Positions 40,395-50,632 of a stretch of DNA of 63,057 bases are shown here, piece by piece (position 1 is the stretch's first letter; each line of letters begins with the position of its first letter). Under the pieces are notes generated by a model that was given only the letters and a program-made list of their open reading frames with translations, did not search any database and was not told the origin of the DNA. The translations under genes and the position numbers were made by a program. The stretch is from an uncultured Clostridia bacterium (GTDB lineage Bacteria > Bacillota > Clostridia > TANB77 > CAG-508). The stretch spans positions 1-63,057 of the forward strand of contig CALXQP010000017.1 in assembly GCA_944390695.1 (NCBI GenBank), read 5' to 3'.

Positions 40395-41390
40395 ATGGAA
40401 AGAGCAATGTCAGTTGAAGATAAAATAAGAAGAGCAGAACAAAGATATTATATGAGAAGAGAACAAGAAATGTCACCGAGAGAAACTAGAATAGGAGAAT
40501 TAAAAAGATCTAGTAAGAAAAAAGACATAAAATTATTTAAGAAAATGATTAAACAAATAATTGTATGTTTATTTATATATGGAGTTTTTTATTTAGTTGT
40601 TAATAGTAATTACATATTTTCAGAAGATTTTACAAATAAAGCAAAAGAGATATTATCACAAGATATTAATTTTGCAGAAATTTATTCTACTATATCTTCA
40701 AATATAAATGATATATATAATAAAATGATATCTAATGATAATACAAAAGGCTCAGATAATCAAGAAAAAGCTGTTACACCAAATGATGATACACCAAATA
40801 ATGAAGTGAAACAAGATGAAGAGTCTAACCAAAATGCTCAACCAGAAGCACAGCAAGAAAATAGTGGTGAACAGGTTCAGCAAGAAAATGTGAGTAAAGA
40901 AGATATACAAAATAATCAAGAAAATATTGGAGGAGCAGCAGAAGAGACAGAAGTAAATGTGGAATTATCACAGATGGAGAAAGATGTTAATTATATAAAA
41001 AGTGTAACAAGTTTCATAAAACCAGTAAATGGAACTATTAGTTCTATGTTTGGACCGAGGAATCCTACAACTGCATCAGTTCCAAAAAATCACACCGGAA
41101 CAGATATAGCTGCTGTTACAGGTACTAAAATTGTTTCTGCTACAGATGGAACTGTTATATATACTTCAAGTCAAGGGGATTTTGGAAATCATTTAAAAAT
41201 ACAAATAAATGATGTAATAATTTTATATGCTCATTGCAATAAAATATATGTAAAAGAGGGAGATACAGTGAAACAGGGACAAGAGATAGCAGAAGTTGGC
41301 TTAACAGGTAATACAACAGGACCACATCTTCATTTTGAAGTTATTTATCAAGATAGAAGAGTAAATCCACAACTTTTAGTAGAACTTTAA
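40395..41390 (+). CDS. M23 family peptidase, SpoIVFA-like
   Basis: TM, low-complexity linker, HTGTD, YAH, GPHLHFE; upstream of an M50 protease. Confidence 0.8.
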   Translation: MERAMSVEDKIRRAEQRYYMRREQEMSPRETRIGELKRSSKKKDIKLFKKMIKQIIVCLFIYGVFYLVVNSNYIFSEDFTNKAKEILSQDINFAEIYSTISSNINDIYNKMISNDNTKGSDNQEKAVTPNDDTPNNEVKQDEESNQNAQPEAQQENSGEQVQQENVSKEDIQNNQENIGGAAEETEVNVELSQMEKDVNYIKSVTSFIKPVNGTISSMFGPRNPTTASVPKNHTGTDIAAVTGTKIVSATDGTVIYTSSQGDFGNHLKIQINDVIILYAHCNKIYVKEGDTVKQGQEIAEVGLTGNTTGPHLHFEVIYQDRRVNPQLLVEL

Positions 41391-41425
41391 TATAATAGTT
41401 AATAATTTAGAAAGAGGATAGAGAA

Positions 41426-42061
41426 TTGAGAATAAGAATAGATTTAAAAATACTTATTTTTTTATTTGTATTTTTCTTGACAAATCAAATAGAAATTTAT
41501 TTAATTATAATGTTTTTTTGTTTATTACATGAATTAGGTCATATAATTATGGGAATTATATTAAAAATGAAGCCAGAAAAAATAGAGTTAATGGCTTTTG
41601 GATTATCATCAAGTTTTAAAGCAAATTCAAAAGATGGTAAAATAAAGATTAAGAATGGAAATCTATTGCAATTAAAGGAGATTTTAATTGCACTTGCAGG
41701 GCCAATTCTGAGTATTGTTTTAGTAATAATATATATGTATATAGAGCCGATTTATATTACAAGAGAAGTAGCAATTTATTCGAATTTATTAATAATGATT
41801 TTTAATTTGTTACCAATATATCCATTAGATGGAGGAAGAATTATAAAAGGTATTTTACATATTGAATTTGGAGAGAAAAAGGCTGATATTTTAGTAAATA
41901 AAATTTCTAATATAATAATGATTTTAATGACAATTATTAGTAGTATTGCTGTATATTATTATAAAAATATTGCTATTTTCTTTATTTGCATATTTTTGTG
42001 GATAATTTTATTACGTGAAAATAAAAAAATTAATTTGAAAGAAATGAATTCAAATTCTTAA
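41426..42061 (+). CDS. Site-2 (M50) protease, SpoIVFB-like
   Basis: HELGH, IALAGP, FNLLPIYPLDGG. Confidence 0.85.
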   Translation: MRIRIDLKILIFLFVFFLTNQIEIYLIIMFFCLLHELGHIIMGIILKMKPEKIELMAFGLSSSFKANSKDGKIKIKNGNLLQLKEILIALAGPILSIVLVIIYMYIEPIYITREVAIYSNLLIMIFNLLPIYPLDGGRIIKGILHIEFGEKKADILVNKISNIIMILMTIISSIAVYYYKNIAIFFICIFLWIILLRENKKINLKEMNSNS

Positions 42062-42152
42062 GTTTAGATATTTTTAAACAAAAATTCTTGATATTTTTAG
42101 CAAAAAATAGTAGAATATAAGTGGAAAAATAGGAAAGAAAGGTAGTGGCGAG

Positions 42153-43472
42153 ATGTCGAAACCAACAGTAGCAATTATAGGAAAGCCAAATGTAGGAAAA
42201 TCAACATTTTTTAATTATATAGTAGGTAGTAGAATATCAATAGTAGAAGATACACCAGGAGTAACAAGAGATAGAGTATATGCTGAAACAAACTGGAGAG
42301 GTAGAAATTTTACAATTGTGGATACAGCAGGAATAGAGCCAGAGTCAGATGATGTAATAATTTCTCAAATGAGAGAACAAGCTAAAATTGCAGTAGAAAT
42401 AGCAGATGTAATTGTATTTTTAACAGATGTAAAACAAGGTGTTACTGCAGCAGATGAAGAAATCGCAATAATGCTAAAAAAATCTAAAAAGCCAGTTGTA
42501 TTAGTATGTAACAAAGCAGATAATATGAGTCAAGATAAAAATCAAATTTATGAATTTTATAATTTAGGAATAGGTGATCCATATCCTGTATCAGCAACAA
42601 ATGCATTAGGAATAGGTGATGTATTAGATGCAATTTATGAAAATCTTCCAGAAAAACAGGATGGAGAAGATCAAGATGATAAAATAAAAGTGGCAGTAAT
42701 AGGAAAGCCAAATGTAGGAAAATCATCATTAATCAATAAAATTTTAGGTCAAAATAGAACAATAGTAAGTTCAATAGCTGGAACTACTAGAGACGCAATA
42801 GATACAGAATATGAAAATGAATATGGAAAATATGTACTAATAGATACAGCAGGAATTAGAAGAAAAAGCAAAGTAACAGAATCAATTGAAAAATTTAGTA
42901 TAATGAGAACTTTACTAGCAATTGAAAGATCAGATGTGTGTCTAATGATGATAGATGCAAATGAGGGTGTAACAGATCAAGATGCAAAAATTGCAGGAGA
43001 AGCACATGAAGCAGGAAAAGGTATTATAATAGTTGTAAACAAATGGGATGAATATGAAAAAGAAACAGGAACATTAGAAAAATATAAAAAAGAAATTTAT
43101 AATAGATTATCATATTTGTCTTATGCACCAATAATATTTATATCAGCTAAAACAGGTCAAAGAGTGGACAAGTTATTTTCAATGATTAATAATGTTGCAG
43201 AACAAAATGCAATGAGAATATCAACATCAGTGTTAAATCAAGTAATAAATGAGGCAATTGCAATTGTTCAACCACCAACAGATAAAGGTAAAAGATTAAA
43301 AATATTTTATGGAACACAAGCAAGTACTAAGCCACCAACATTTGTGATATTTGTAAATAATAAAGAATTATTTCATTTTTCTTATGAAAGATATCTAGTA
43401 AACCAAATAAGAAAGGAATTTGGACTAGAAGGAACACCAGTTAGAATAATCGTGAGAGAAAAAATAGAATAG
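42153..43472 (+). CDS. der: Ribosome biogenesis GTPase Der
   Basis: Two GKPNVGKS G-domains, DTAG, NKAD/NKWD. Confidence 0.97.
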   Translation: MSKPTVAIIGKPNVGKSTFFNYIVGSRISIVEDTPGVTRDRVYAETNWRGRNFTIVDTAGIEPESDDVIISQMREQAKIAVEIADVIVFLTDVKQGVTAADEEIAIMLKKSKKPVVLVCNKADNMSQDKNQIYEFYNLGIGDPYPVSATNALGIGDVLDAIYENLPEKQDGEDQDDKIKVAVIGKPNVGKSSLINKILGQNRTIVSSIAGTTRDAIDTEYENEYGKYVLIDTAGIRRKSKVTESIEKFSIMRTLLAIERSDVCLMMIDANEGVTDQDAKIAGEAHEAGKGIIIVVNKWDEYEKETGTLEKYKKEIYNRLSYLSYAPIIFISAKTGQRVDKLFSMINNVAEQNAMRISTSVLNQVINEAIAIVQPPTDKGKRLKIFYGTQASTKPPTFVIFVNNKELFHFSYERYLVNQIRKEFGLEGTPVRIIVREKIE

Positions 43473-43487
43473 AAATGGCAAAAAGAG

Positions 43488-43584
43488 CAAAAAGAGAACC
43501 GGCACCAAATTAACAAAATGGCCGAAACCAGCCAGCCGAGCGGAAGAGAGACGAAAAGGCAAAAAGAGAACCGGCACCAAATTA
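43488..43584 (+). repeat. Dispersed element, locus 4
   Basis: Repeat copies at 43488 and 43560 (72 bp apart). Confidence 0.9.
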
Positions 43585-43605
43585 ACAAAAAAGGAGTAGA
43601 TAGAT

Positions 43606-44235
43606 ATGGTAGCATATATAATAGTAGGGATAATAGCTTATTTATTAGGAAGCATAAGTTTTTCAATAATAATTAGCAAAAAAATGGCAGGATTTGATAT
43701 AAGAAAAAAAGGAAGTGGAAATGCAGGGACAACAAATATGTTACGTTCTGTAGGAAAAAAAGCTGCAGCATTGACATTATTAGGTGATGCATTAAAAGGA
43801 GTAGTTGCTATTTTAGTAGCAATAATAGTAGGTGTAATAGTAAAAGACATAGATAAAGCGTTATTAGTACAAATAGCTGGTATTGCGGTTGTAGTAGGCC
43901 ATACATTTCCAATATTTTTCGGTTTTAAAGGAGGAAAAGGTGTTGCAACATCATTAGGAGTATTATTAATGACTAATTGGAAAATAGGATTAATATGTTT
44001 AGTATTTGCTCTAGTATTAATGGTACTTACAAAAATGGTATCTATGGGTTCAGTTGGAGCAGCTATATTATTTCCTATATTAGTATTATTTATTAATACT
44101 GATTTTACAGTTTCAGAAGGAAGCGGATATTTTATATATAGTATAATACTTGCATTACTTGTTGCATTTAATCATAGAAGTAATATACAAAGAATATTAA
44201 ATGGAACTGAAAATAAAATAAGTTTTAAAAAATAA
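43606..44235 (+). CDS. plsY: Glycerol-3-phosphate acyltransferase PlsY
   Basis: YLLGSI, GSGNAGTTN, D.LKG, GH.FP....KGGKGVAT, HRSNI.R. Confidence 0.95.
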   Translation: MVAYIIVGIIAYLLGSISFSIIISKKMAGFDIRKKGSGNAGTTNMLRSVGKKAAALTLLGDALKGVVAILVAIIVGVIVKDIDKALLVQIAGIAVVVGHTFPIFFGFKGGKGVATSLGVLLMTNWKIGLICLVFALVLMVLTKMVSMGSVGAAILFPILVLFINTDFTVSEGSGYFIYSIILALLVAFNHRSNIQRILNGTENKISFKK

Positions 44236-44239
44236 ATGG

Positions 44240-44371
44240 CAAAAAGAGAACCGGCACCAAATTGACAAGAAAGGAAAAAAGAGAACCGGCACCAAATTGA
44301 CAAAATGACGCAAACCAGCCAGCCAAGCGGAAAAGAAGCAAAAAAGCAAAAAGAGAACCGGCACCAAATTA
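44240..44371 (+). repeat. Dispersed element, locus 5 (three repeats)
   Basis: Copies at about 44240, 44276 and 44347. Confidence 0.9.
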
Positions 44372-44386
44372 ACAAGGAGGAAATGT

Positions 44387-45373
44387 ATGAAAAATATAGC
44401 AATAATAGGAAGTGGAAGTTGGGGAGTTGCACTAGCAATTCATTTAGCTAAATTAGGAAATAAGATAAACATATGGTCTTTTTCAGAAGAAGAGAAAGAT
44501 ATGATAAATAATGAAAAAAAGTGTAAGTTTTTACCACAAGCACAAATTCCTGAAGGGGTAATATGTACAACATCATATGAAGAGGCAATAAATGGTACAG
44601 ATTTTATAATACATGTTACACCATCAAAGTTTACAAGAAGTACGGTAAAAGAATATAAGAAATATGTAAAAAATCAGCCAATAGTGATATGTTCAAAAGG
44701 ATTTGAAAAAGATACAATGCTTACATTAGATGAAGTAGTCCAAGAAGAAATGCCAAATGCTAAAATAGCGGTACTATCAGGTCCTAGTCATGCTGAAGAA
44801 GTTTCTATAGCTATGCCAACAGTATTAGTTGTAGCATCAAAATATGATGCTATATTAAAATTAGTTCAAGATACATTTATGAGTAAAAATATGAGAATAT
44901 ATACTTCAAGAGATGTAAAAGGTGTTGAACTTGGAGGAGCCTTAAAAAATATAATTGCTTTTTGTGCAGGTGTTGCTGCAGGAATAGGGTTAGGAGACAA
45001 TACTTTTGCTGCTCTAATAACAAGAGGTTTAGCAGAACTTTCAAGATTAGGTGTTGAATTAGGTGGTCAAAAAGAAACTTTATATGGTTTAAGTGGACTT
45101 GGAGACCTTATAGTAACTTGTTTAAGTGAACATAGTAGAAATAGAAAAGCTGGCAAGTTGATTGGTCAAGGCAAAAGTTTAGAAGAAACTAAAAAAGAAG
45201 TTGGAATGACAATTGAAAGTATTGATAATATAGAAGTTGCACATGAATTATGTCACTTGCATAATATAGAAATGCCTATAGTAGAAGCTGTTTATGGAAT
45301 TTTATTTGAAAATTTAAAACCAGAAGATGCTGTAAATAATTTAATGAGTAGAGCTAAAAAGAAAGAAGATTAA
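44387..45373 (+). CDS. gpsA: NAD(P)H-dependent glycerol-3-phosphate dehydrogenase
   Basis: GSGSWG, CSKG, SGPSHA, GGALKN, GLGDL..TC.S.HSRN. Confidence 0.95.
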   Translation: MKNIAIIGSGSWGVALAIHLAKLGNKINIWSFSEEEKDMINNEKKCKFLPQAQIPEGVICTTSYEEAINGTDFIIHVTPSKFTRSTVKEYKKYVKNQPIVICSKGFEKDTMLTLDEVVQEEMPNAKIAVLSGPSHAEEVSIAMPTVLVVASKYDAILKLVQDTFMSKNMRIYTSRDVKGVELGGALKNIIAFCAGVAAGIGLGDNTFAALITRGLAELSRLGVELGGQKETLYGLSGLGDLIVTCLSEHSRNRKAGKLIGQGKSLEETKKEVGMTIESIDNIEVAHELCHLHNIEMPIVEAVYGILFENLKPEDAVNNLMSRAKKKED

Positions 45374-45451
45374 AAGTGATATTCTAATTAAAAATAAGAA
45401 TATGTATAATAATTTTGTAAATAATAAAGTTTAATGGAGGTGTGATTTGTA

Positions 45452-46012
45452 ATGGGATTTTTTGATAATTTAGGTAAAAAGGCAAGTGCTGCTTATGATG
45501 CAACTGCTGAGAGGACTGGAAGAATTGCAAAAGAAGCAAAACTTAAAATGAAAATTAATGAAAATAAATCTGATATTAAAGATTTATATATAGAAATTGG
45601 AAAAAAAGTTTATGAAAAACATGTTAGAGAAGAAAACATAGATATTAATACAGAATTAGAAGAAGAATGTACAAAAATTGATGTATTATCAGCAGAAATT
45701 GAAACATGCTTGAAATCAATTTTAGAATTGAAAGAAAAAAAGCAATGTACAAAATGTCATTCAGAAATAGAATTAGAGTTTGCTTATTGTCCAATTTGTG
45801 GTGAAAAGCAACCAGGCGATAATTTAAAAGAAGATAAATCTGCAGATGAAAATTCATCAGAAGAATCAGAATTAAAAGAAGAAAATACTTCAGAGAATAG
45901 TATAGAGAAAATGACAGAAATAATGGCAGTTGAGACTCAACAAAATGCAATTCAAGAAATGAAAATAGAAGAAGAGGAAACTATTCAAGAAAATAGCGAA
46001 AATGAGCAATAA
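45452..46012 (+). CDS. Zinc-ribbon domain protein
   Basis: MGFFDNLG N-terminus, CTKC...YCPICG, acidic tail. Confidence 0.75.
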   Translation: MGFFDNLGKKASAAYDATAERTGRIAKEAKLKMKINENKSDIKDLYIEIGKKVYEKHVREENIDINTELEEECTKIDVLSAEIETCLKSILELKEKKQCTKCHSEIELEFAYCPICGEKQPGDNLKEDKSADENSSEESELKEENTSENSIEKMTEIMAVETQQNAIQEMKIEEEETIQENSENEQ

Positions 46013-46024
46013 GAAGGGAAAATA

Positions 46025-46462
46025 ATGAAATTAGTAATACAAAGAGTAAAAAATGCTAGTGTAGAAGTAGATAAAAAAATAGTAGGTAAAATAGAAAAAG
46101 GTTTTTTAGTATTAATAGGAATAAAAGTAGGAGACACAAAAGAACAAGCTGACTATTTAGTTAGAAAATTATGTAATTTGCGAGTCTTTACAGATGAAAA
46201 TGATAAAATGAATTTGAGTTTAAAAGATGTAAATGGTAAATTACTAATTGTATCGCAATTTACACTTTACGGAAATTGTAATGATGGTAATAGACCGAGT
46301 TTTATAGAGGTTGCTCGTCCTGAAGAGGCAATTCCTTTATATGAATATTTTTGCAATGAATGTTCTAAAAATGGAATTGAAGTCCAAAGAGGAATTTTTG
46401 GAGCAGATATGAAGGTCCAACTTTTAAATGATGGGCCTGTAACGATAATAATAGAAAAGTAG
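46025..46462 (+). CDS. dtd: D-aminoacyl-tRNA deacylase
   Basis: VIQRV, SQFTL, RPSF, NDGPVT. Confidence 0.95.
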   Translation: MKLVIQRVKNASVEVDKKIVGKIEKGFLVLIGIKVGDTKEQADYLVRKLCNLRVFTDENDKMNLSLKDVNGKLLIVSQFTLYGNCNDGNRPSFIEVARPEEAIPLYEYFCNECSKNGIEVQRGIFGADMKVQLLNDGPVTIIIEK

Positions 46463-46466
46463 TAGA

Positions 46467-46506
46467 AATACCAATATTAGATAAAATTTAATATTGGTGT
46501 TTTTTT
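46467..46506 (+). terminator. Rho-independent terminator after dtd
   Basis: ATACCAATATTA...TAATATTGGTGT followed by a T run. Confidence 0.6.
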
Positions 46507-46520
46507 GATGCCAAAAAGGA

Positions 46521-46615
46521 AAAAAGAGAACCGGCACCAAATTAACAAAATGGCCGAAACCAGCTAGCCAAGCAGCCCAAGAGCAAAAAGGCAAAAAGAG
46601 AACCGGCACCAATTT
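46521..46615 (+). repeat. Dispersed element, locus 6
   Basis: Copies at about 46521 and 46592. Confidence 0.9.
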
Positions 46616-46640
46616 GTCGAAAAGTTTTAAGAATTCGACA
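46615..46640. promoter_or_regulatory. Inverted pair of Spo0A boxes upstream of spoIIAA
   Basis: TGTCGAA (46615-46621) and TTCGACA (46634-46640); spoIIA is a known Spo0A target. Confidence 0.65.
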
Positions 46641-46712
46641 AAACTTCTAATTTTTAACTCTTGGAAAAATATGTAAAAGGTTGTATAATACGGAAAGAGA
46701 AAGGAGAAGTAT

Positions 46713-47042
46713 ATGGAAAGTAAGTTTGAGAAAAAGGACAAGAGATTAATCTTCAAAATAGAAGAAGATATAGATGAATGTTCAGTACAAAAGATGAGGA
46801 GGAAATTAGATAATGAAATTGAAAGATATATGCCAAAAGAAGTTATATTTGATTTTAACAATGTTTCTTTTATGGATAGTGCAGGAATAGGCTTAATGAT
46901 AGGAAGATATAAATTAGCAAATATGCTAGGAGGAAAAGTTGGAGTAGCAAATGTACCTTCACCTGTAAGGAAAATATTTGAAATGAGTGGGATATTAAAA
47001 ATAATGCCAGAAGTAGAAATCGAAAAAGGAGGGAAAATATGA
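46713..47042 (+). CDS. spoIIAA: Anti-sigma F factor antagonist
   Basis: STAS domain, [13 protein letters not shown]. Confidence 0.93.
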   Translation: MESKFEKKDKRLIFKIEEDIDECSVQKMRRKLDNEIERYMPKEVIFDFNNVSFMDSAGIGLMIGRYKLANMLGGKVGVANVPSPVRKIFEMSGILKIMPEVEIEKGGKI

Positions 47043-47533
47043 ATAATATATATGATAATGAAATGAAAATAGAATTTTTAAGTAAATCAAATAATGAAGC
47101 ATTTGCGAGAATATCAGTAGCAGCATTTGTTGCTCAATTAGATCCAACACTAGAAGAAATTGCTGATATAAAAACTGCAGTATCAGAAGCTGTTACAAAT
47201 TCGATAATACATGGATATGAAGAACAAATGGGAATTGTAAAATTAATTTGTAAAATAAGAGAAAACGAGATTTTTATTGAAGTATCAGATACAGGTAAAG
47301 GAATTGAAAATGTAGAAATAGCAAAACAGCCATTATATACAACAAAAGCGAATTTAGAAAGGTCAGGAATGGGATTTACTATTATGGAAAGTTTTATGGA
47401 TAGTATAGAAGTAGAGTCAGTACTTGGATTAGGTACAAAAGTTACTATGAGAAAAAAGATTAAAAGTAATTCTAATAAAGAAGAAGATTTTGCAGTTTCT
47501 ACAACTGCTACTGCAATAAGGGGAGAGGAATAG
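47039..47533 (+). CDS. spoIIAB: Anti-sigma F factor
   Basis: [29 protein letters not shown]. Confidence 0.95.
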   Translation: MNNIYDNEMKIEFLSKSNNEAFARISVAAFVAQLDPTLEEIADIKTAVSEAVTNSIIHGYEEQMGIVKLICKIRENEIFIEVSDTGKGIENVEIAKQPLYTTKANLERSGMGFTIMESFMDSIEVESVLGLGTKVTMRKKIKSNSNKEEDFAVSTTATAIRGEE

Positions 47534-48261
47534 TGTATGAAAATGATATGAAAATCATCGAAAATGCTCAAAATGGAAGTAAAGATGACATGACAAAATT
47601 AATAGAAGATAATAATGGTTTAATTTGGAGCATTGTTAGAAGATTTAATGGAAGAGGATATGATATAGAAGATTTATATCAAATTGGAAGTATTGGTTTT
47701 ATAAAAGCAATACAAAGATTTGACACAAGTTTTGAAGTTCGACTTTCAACATATGCAGTACCATACATTTTAGGTGAAATAAAAAGATATATAAGAGATG
47801 ATGGACCAATTAAAGTTAGTAGGAGTATAAAAGAATTAAATGTAAAAATAATTGAATTACAAAAAGAATATTTTAATAAATATGGGAGAGAAATAACATT
47901 AGATGAAATTTCGAAAGAACTTAAAACACCAAAAGAAGAAATTACAATGGCTTTAGATTCTACAAGACCAGTAGATTCTATTGAAAGTGCAAAATTTGTA
48001 GATAACAAAACAGATAAGACAATTAGTATTTTAGAACATATTTCTACAGGGAGAGATGAACAGACAGAAATAGCAAATAGAATAACAATTAAAAAATTGA
48101 TTAGTGAACTTGATGTGAAAGAAAAAGAAATAATTATGCTTAGATATTATAAACAAAAAACTCAAATGCAAGTTTCTAAAATTTTAGGAATAACCCAAGT
48201 ACAAGTTTCAAGGATTGAACGCAAGGTGCTTGACAATATGAGGAGGAAACTAACAATATGA
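47533..48261 (+). CDS. sigF: RNA polymerase sporulation sigma factor F
   Basis: N.GLIWSIVRRF, STYAVP.I.GEI.R..RDDG.IKVSRS, TQVQVSR; third gene of the spoIIA operon. Confidence 0.93.
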   Translation: MYENDMKIIENAQNGSKDDMTKLIEDNNGLIWSIVRRFNGRGYDIEDLYQIGSIGFIKAIQRFDTSFEVRLSTYAVPYILGEIKRYIRDDGPIKVSRSIKELNVKIIELQKEYFNKYGREITLDEISKELKTPKEEITMALDSTRPVDSIESAKFVDNKTDKTISILEHISTGRDEQTEIANRITIKKLISELDVKEKEIIMLRYYKQKTQMQVSKILGITQVQVSRIERKVLDNMRRKLTI

Positions 48262-49331
48262 AAAAATTGATAATATATTTTTGCGTATTTTTATTAGTAT
48301 TTTTTATAGCTCCTGCAGTTTTAACTGCTACACCAAAAGATAAGGTTCAAGAAACAATGGCAAATGAAGAAAAAACGGGAGATTTAAAAAATGAAGAAGG
48401 AGCAGTATCTGAAGAAGAAAAAAAGCCAGAAGATGAAGAACAAGAAGAAAATAAAGATTATGAATATCAGCAATTTAAAACAATAAAATTGTTACATCAA
48501 GATACAGGACAAGTAGAAGAATTGCCAATTGATGAATATTTATATGGGGTTGTTTCAAGTGAGATGCCTGCAGATTTTCAATTAGAAGCATTAAAAGCAC
48601 AAGCAGTTGTTGCAAGAACATATACAATTTTTCAAATAAAAAATAGTCCTGGAAAACATGGAGATGCTGATATATGTGATGATTCTGGTTGTTGCCAAGC
48701 TTGGATTACAAAAGAAGGAAGACTTGCAAGATGGGAGCCAAGTATTGCAGAAAGCAATTGGAATAAAATAGTGGAAGCAGTTGATTCAACTAAAGGAAAA
48801 ATAATTACATATGATGGAAATGTAATAAATGCATTTTTTCACTCAAATAGTGGAGGAGTAACAGAAAGTTCTTTAAATATTTGGGGTGGAGTGGATTATC
48901 CTTATTTAAAATCTGTAGAAACAGCAGGAGAAGAAGGGTATACGCAATATAGTTCACAAGCTAGTTTTAATAGACAAGAATTATTAAATAAAATAAGAGA
49001 AAAATATCCTGATTGTGAAATTGATTATTCACAAAATAATTGTATAGAAATCTTGGAATATACTACAAGTGGTAGAGTTAAAACAATCAAATTTGGAAAT
49101 AAAGAAATTGCAGGCACAGAAGCAAGAACATTACTTGGCTTAAGATCAACTAATTTTACTTTAACAATTGATGGTGAAAATATAATTTTTTCTGTAACTG
49201 GATATGGTCATGGAGTTGGAATGAGTCAAACAGGAGCAGATAGTTTGGCTAAAACAGGTTCTAATTATGAGGATATTATTAAACATTTTTATACAGGTGT
49301 AGAAATTATAGAAGTAAATTCCTTAAAATAA
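48258..49331 (+). CDS. spoIID: Stage II sporulation protein D (engulfment lytic transglycosylase)
   Basis: EYLYGVV.SEMPA.F..EALKAQAV.ART, H..ADICDD..CCQ, GYGHGVGMSQ.GA. Confidence 0.92.
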   Translation: MKKLIIYFCVFLLVFFIAPAVLTATPKDKVQETMANEEKTGDLKNEEGAVSEEEKKPEDEEQEENKDYEYQQFKTIKLLHQDTGQVEELPIDEYLYGVVSSEMPADFQLEALKAQAVVARTYTIFQIKNSPGKHGDADICDDSGCCQAWITKEGRLARWEPSIAESNWNKIVEAVDSTKGKIITYDGNVINAFFHSNSGGVTESSLNIWGGVDYPYLKSVETAGEEGYTQYSSQASFNRQELLNKIREKYPDCEIDYSQNNCIEILEYTTSGRVKTIKFGNKEIAGTEARTLLGLRSTNFTLTIDGENIIFSVTGYGHGVGMSQTGADSLAKTGSNYEDIIKHFYTGVEIIEVNSLK

Positions 49332-49350
49332 TTACTTTTTCCATTTATAT

Positions 49351-49379
49351 GAATAATCTTTGGAAAAAAGTACATACTT
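49351..49379 (+). promoter_or_regulatory. Candidate forespore (sigma F/G-type) promoter
   Basis: GAATA-N17-CATACTT upstream of the spoIIQ-like gene. Confidence 0.4.
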
Positions 49380-49406
49380 TTATTAATAAAAGTAAGGAGG
49401 GAATTT

Positions 49407-50288
49407 ATGAAAAGAGGAAAAAGATTTTTTGAAAATGACAAGTTGTTAATATATGTAGGAACAGCAATATTTTTTATATTAGCAGTAGTCTTAGGAATTA
49501 TTATGTATATGACAACAAAAACAGGTTTCAAAATGGAAAATGAAACTAATCAAATTAATCAAGAACAACAAATTGGGAATGAGACAGAAAGTGTAAATAC
49601 TGATATTGGAAAAACAGTAGAAGAACAGACAAGCAATACAAACTCAAATGGTACAGACGACGTAGAAACTGACAATACAGGAAAGCTTGATACAGAAGAA
49701 AATAAAGAAACAACTAATATGGAGAAAGAAGAGGTAATGCAAAATAATGAAGATGAAACGACAAAGGTAAATGAAGATATAGAAAATAACGAAGAAACTG
49801 AAGCTAAAAATGAAGTTGATGAGCCAGATGTTCCATCAAACGAGAATCAAGATGTAAATCAAACTACAGAAACTAAAAATGAAGTAAATTTTGTAAAACC
49901 AGTAGATGGAGAAATAATTTGTGATTTTGCAAAAGATAATTTAATATATTCAGAAACACTAAAAGAGTGGATAACTCATACTGCTATAGATATAAAAGCA
50001 GATAAAACAAGTGTAATAAAGTCAGCAGCAGATGGAGTTGTAAAATCTATTGTAAATGACCCAAGATATGGTTTAACAGTTGTTATTTCACATGATGATG
50101 GATATGAAACTGTTTATTCAAATTTATTAACAGCAGAGTTTGTTGTTGAGGGTGAAGAGGTAACTCAAGGACAAACTATAGGAACAGCTGGAAATACAGC
50201 ATCTTTTGAAAGTAATATGGAATCACATTTGCATTTTGAATTAATAAAAGATGGTGAATATTTAGACCCTAAAATATACTTAAAATAA
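49407..50288 (+). CDS. spoIIQ: SpoIIQ-like M23 peptidase
   Basis: TM, linker, YSETL.EW.TH.AID, YSNL, HLHFE; directly after spoIID. Confidence 0.75.
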   Translation: MKRGKRFFENDKLLIYVGTAIFFILAVVLGIIMYMTTKTGFKMENETNQINQEQQIGNETESVNTDIGKTVEEQTSNTNSNGTDDVETDNTGKLDTEENKETTNMEKEEVMQNNEDETTKVNEDIENNEETEAKNEVDEPDVPSNENQDVNQTTETKNEVNFVKPVDGEIICDFAKDNLIYSETLKEWITHTAIDIKADKTSVIKSAADGVVKSIVNDPRYGLTVVISHDDGYETVYSNLLTAEFVVEGEEVTQGQTIGTAGNTASFESNMESHLHFELIKDGEYLDPKIYLK

Positions 50289-50297
50289 TAATTGTAT

Positions 50298-50343
50298 AAA
50301 ATTACCTAGAATTTGGTTAATCAACAAAGTTCTGGGTAATTTT
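50298..50343 (+). terminator. Hairpin terminator after spoIIQ
   Basis: AAATTACCTAGAA...TTCTGGGTAATTT. Confidence 0.55.
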
Positions 50344-50454
50344 ATTGTAAAAATATTGAAACTTAAATATATATAAACTTGAAAATTATGTAGGAAAATT
50401 GCAAAAAATGTGGTAAAATATACTAGAAAAATAAATTAATAAAAGGAGGAGCAC

Positions 50455-50622
50455 ATGATATATTTAATTTATATAATAGAAAAGTTATAATTCACTATTA
50501 TATAAAAAGCTACAATCGCTAGCACTTTGAGATTTTCTACTTATAGTCGAAAACTCAAATCGGCAAGAATAAATTAAAAAGAAAAATTGAAAATTTTTCT
50601 TATTTGTTTTTAAATATATCAT
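50455..50622 (+). other. Structured element in the dxs leader, bounded by 13-bp inverted repeats (contains family B copy 2)
   Basis: ATGATATATTTAA (50455-50467) / TTAAATATATCAT (50610-50622) enclosing three internal hairpins. Confidence 0.6.
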
Positions 50623-50632
50623 AAAAGCAAAA

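Noticed and set aside
47533..48261. AGG as a second shifty or reassigned codon
   Set aside because: AGG occurs in frame in intact genes (e.g. sigF, spoIIAA, and the dprA FPQR motif) without breaking the frame.
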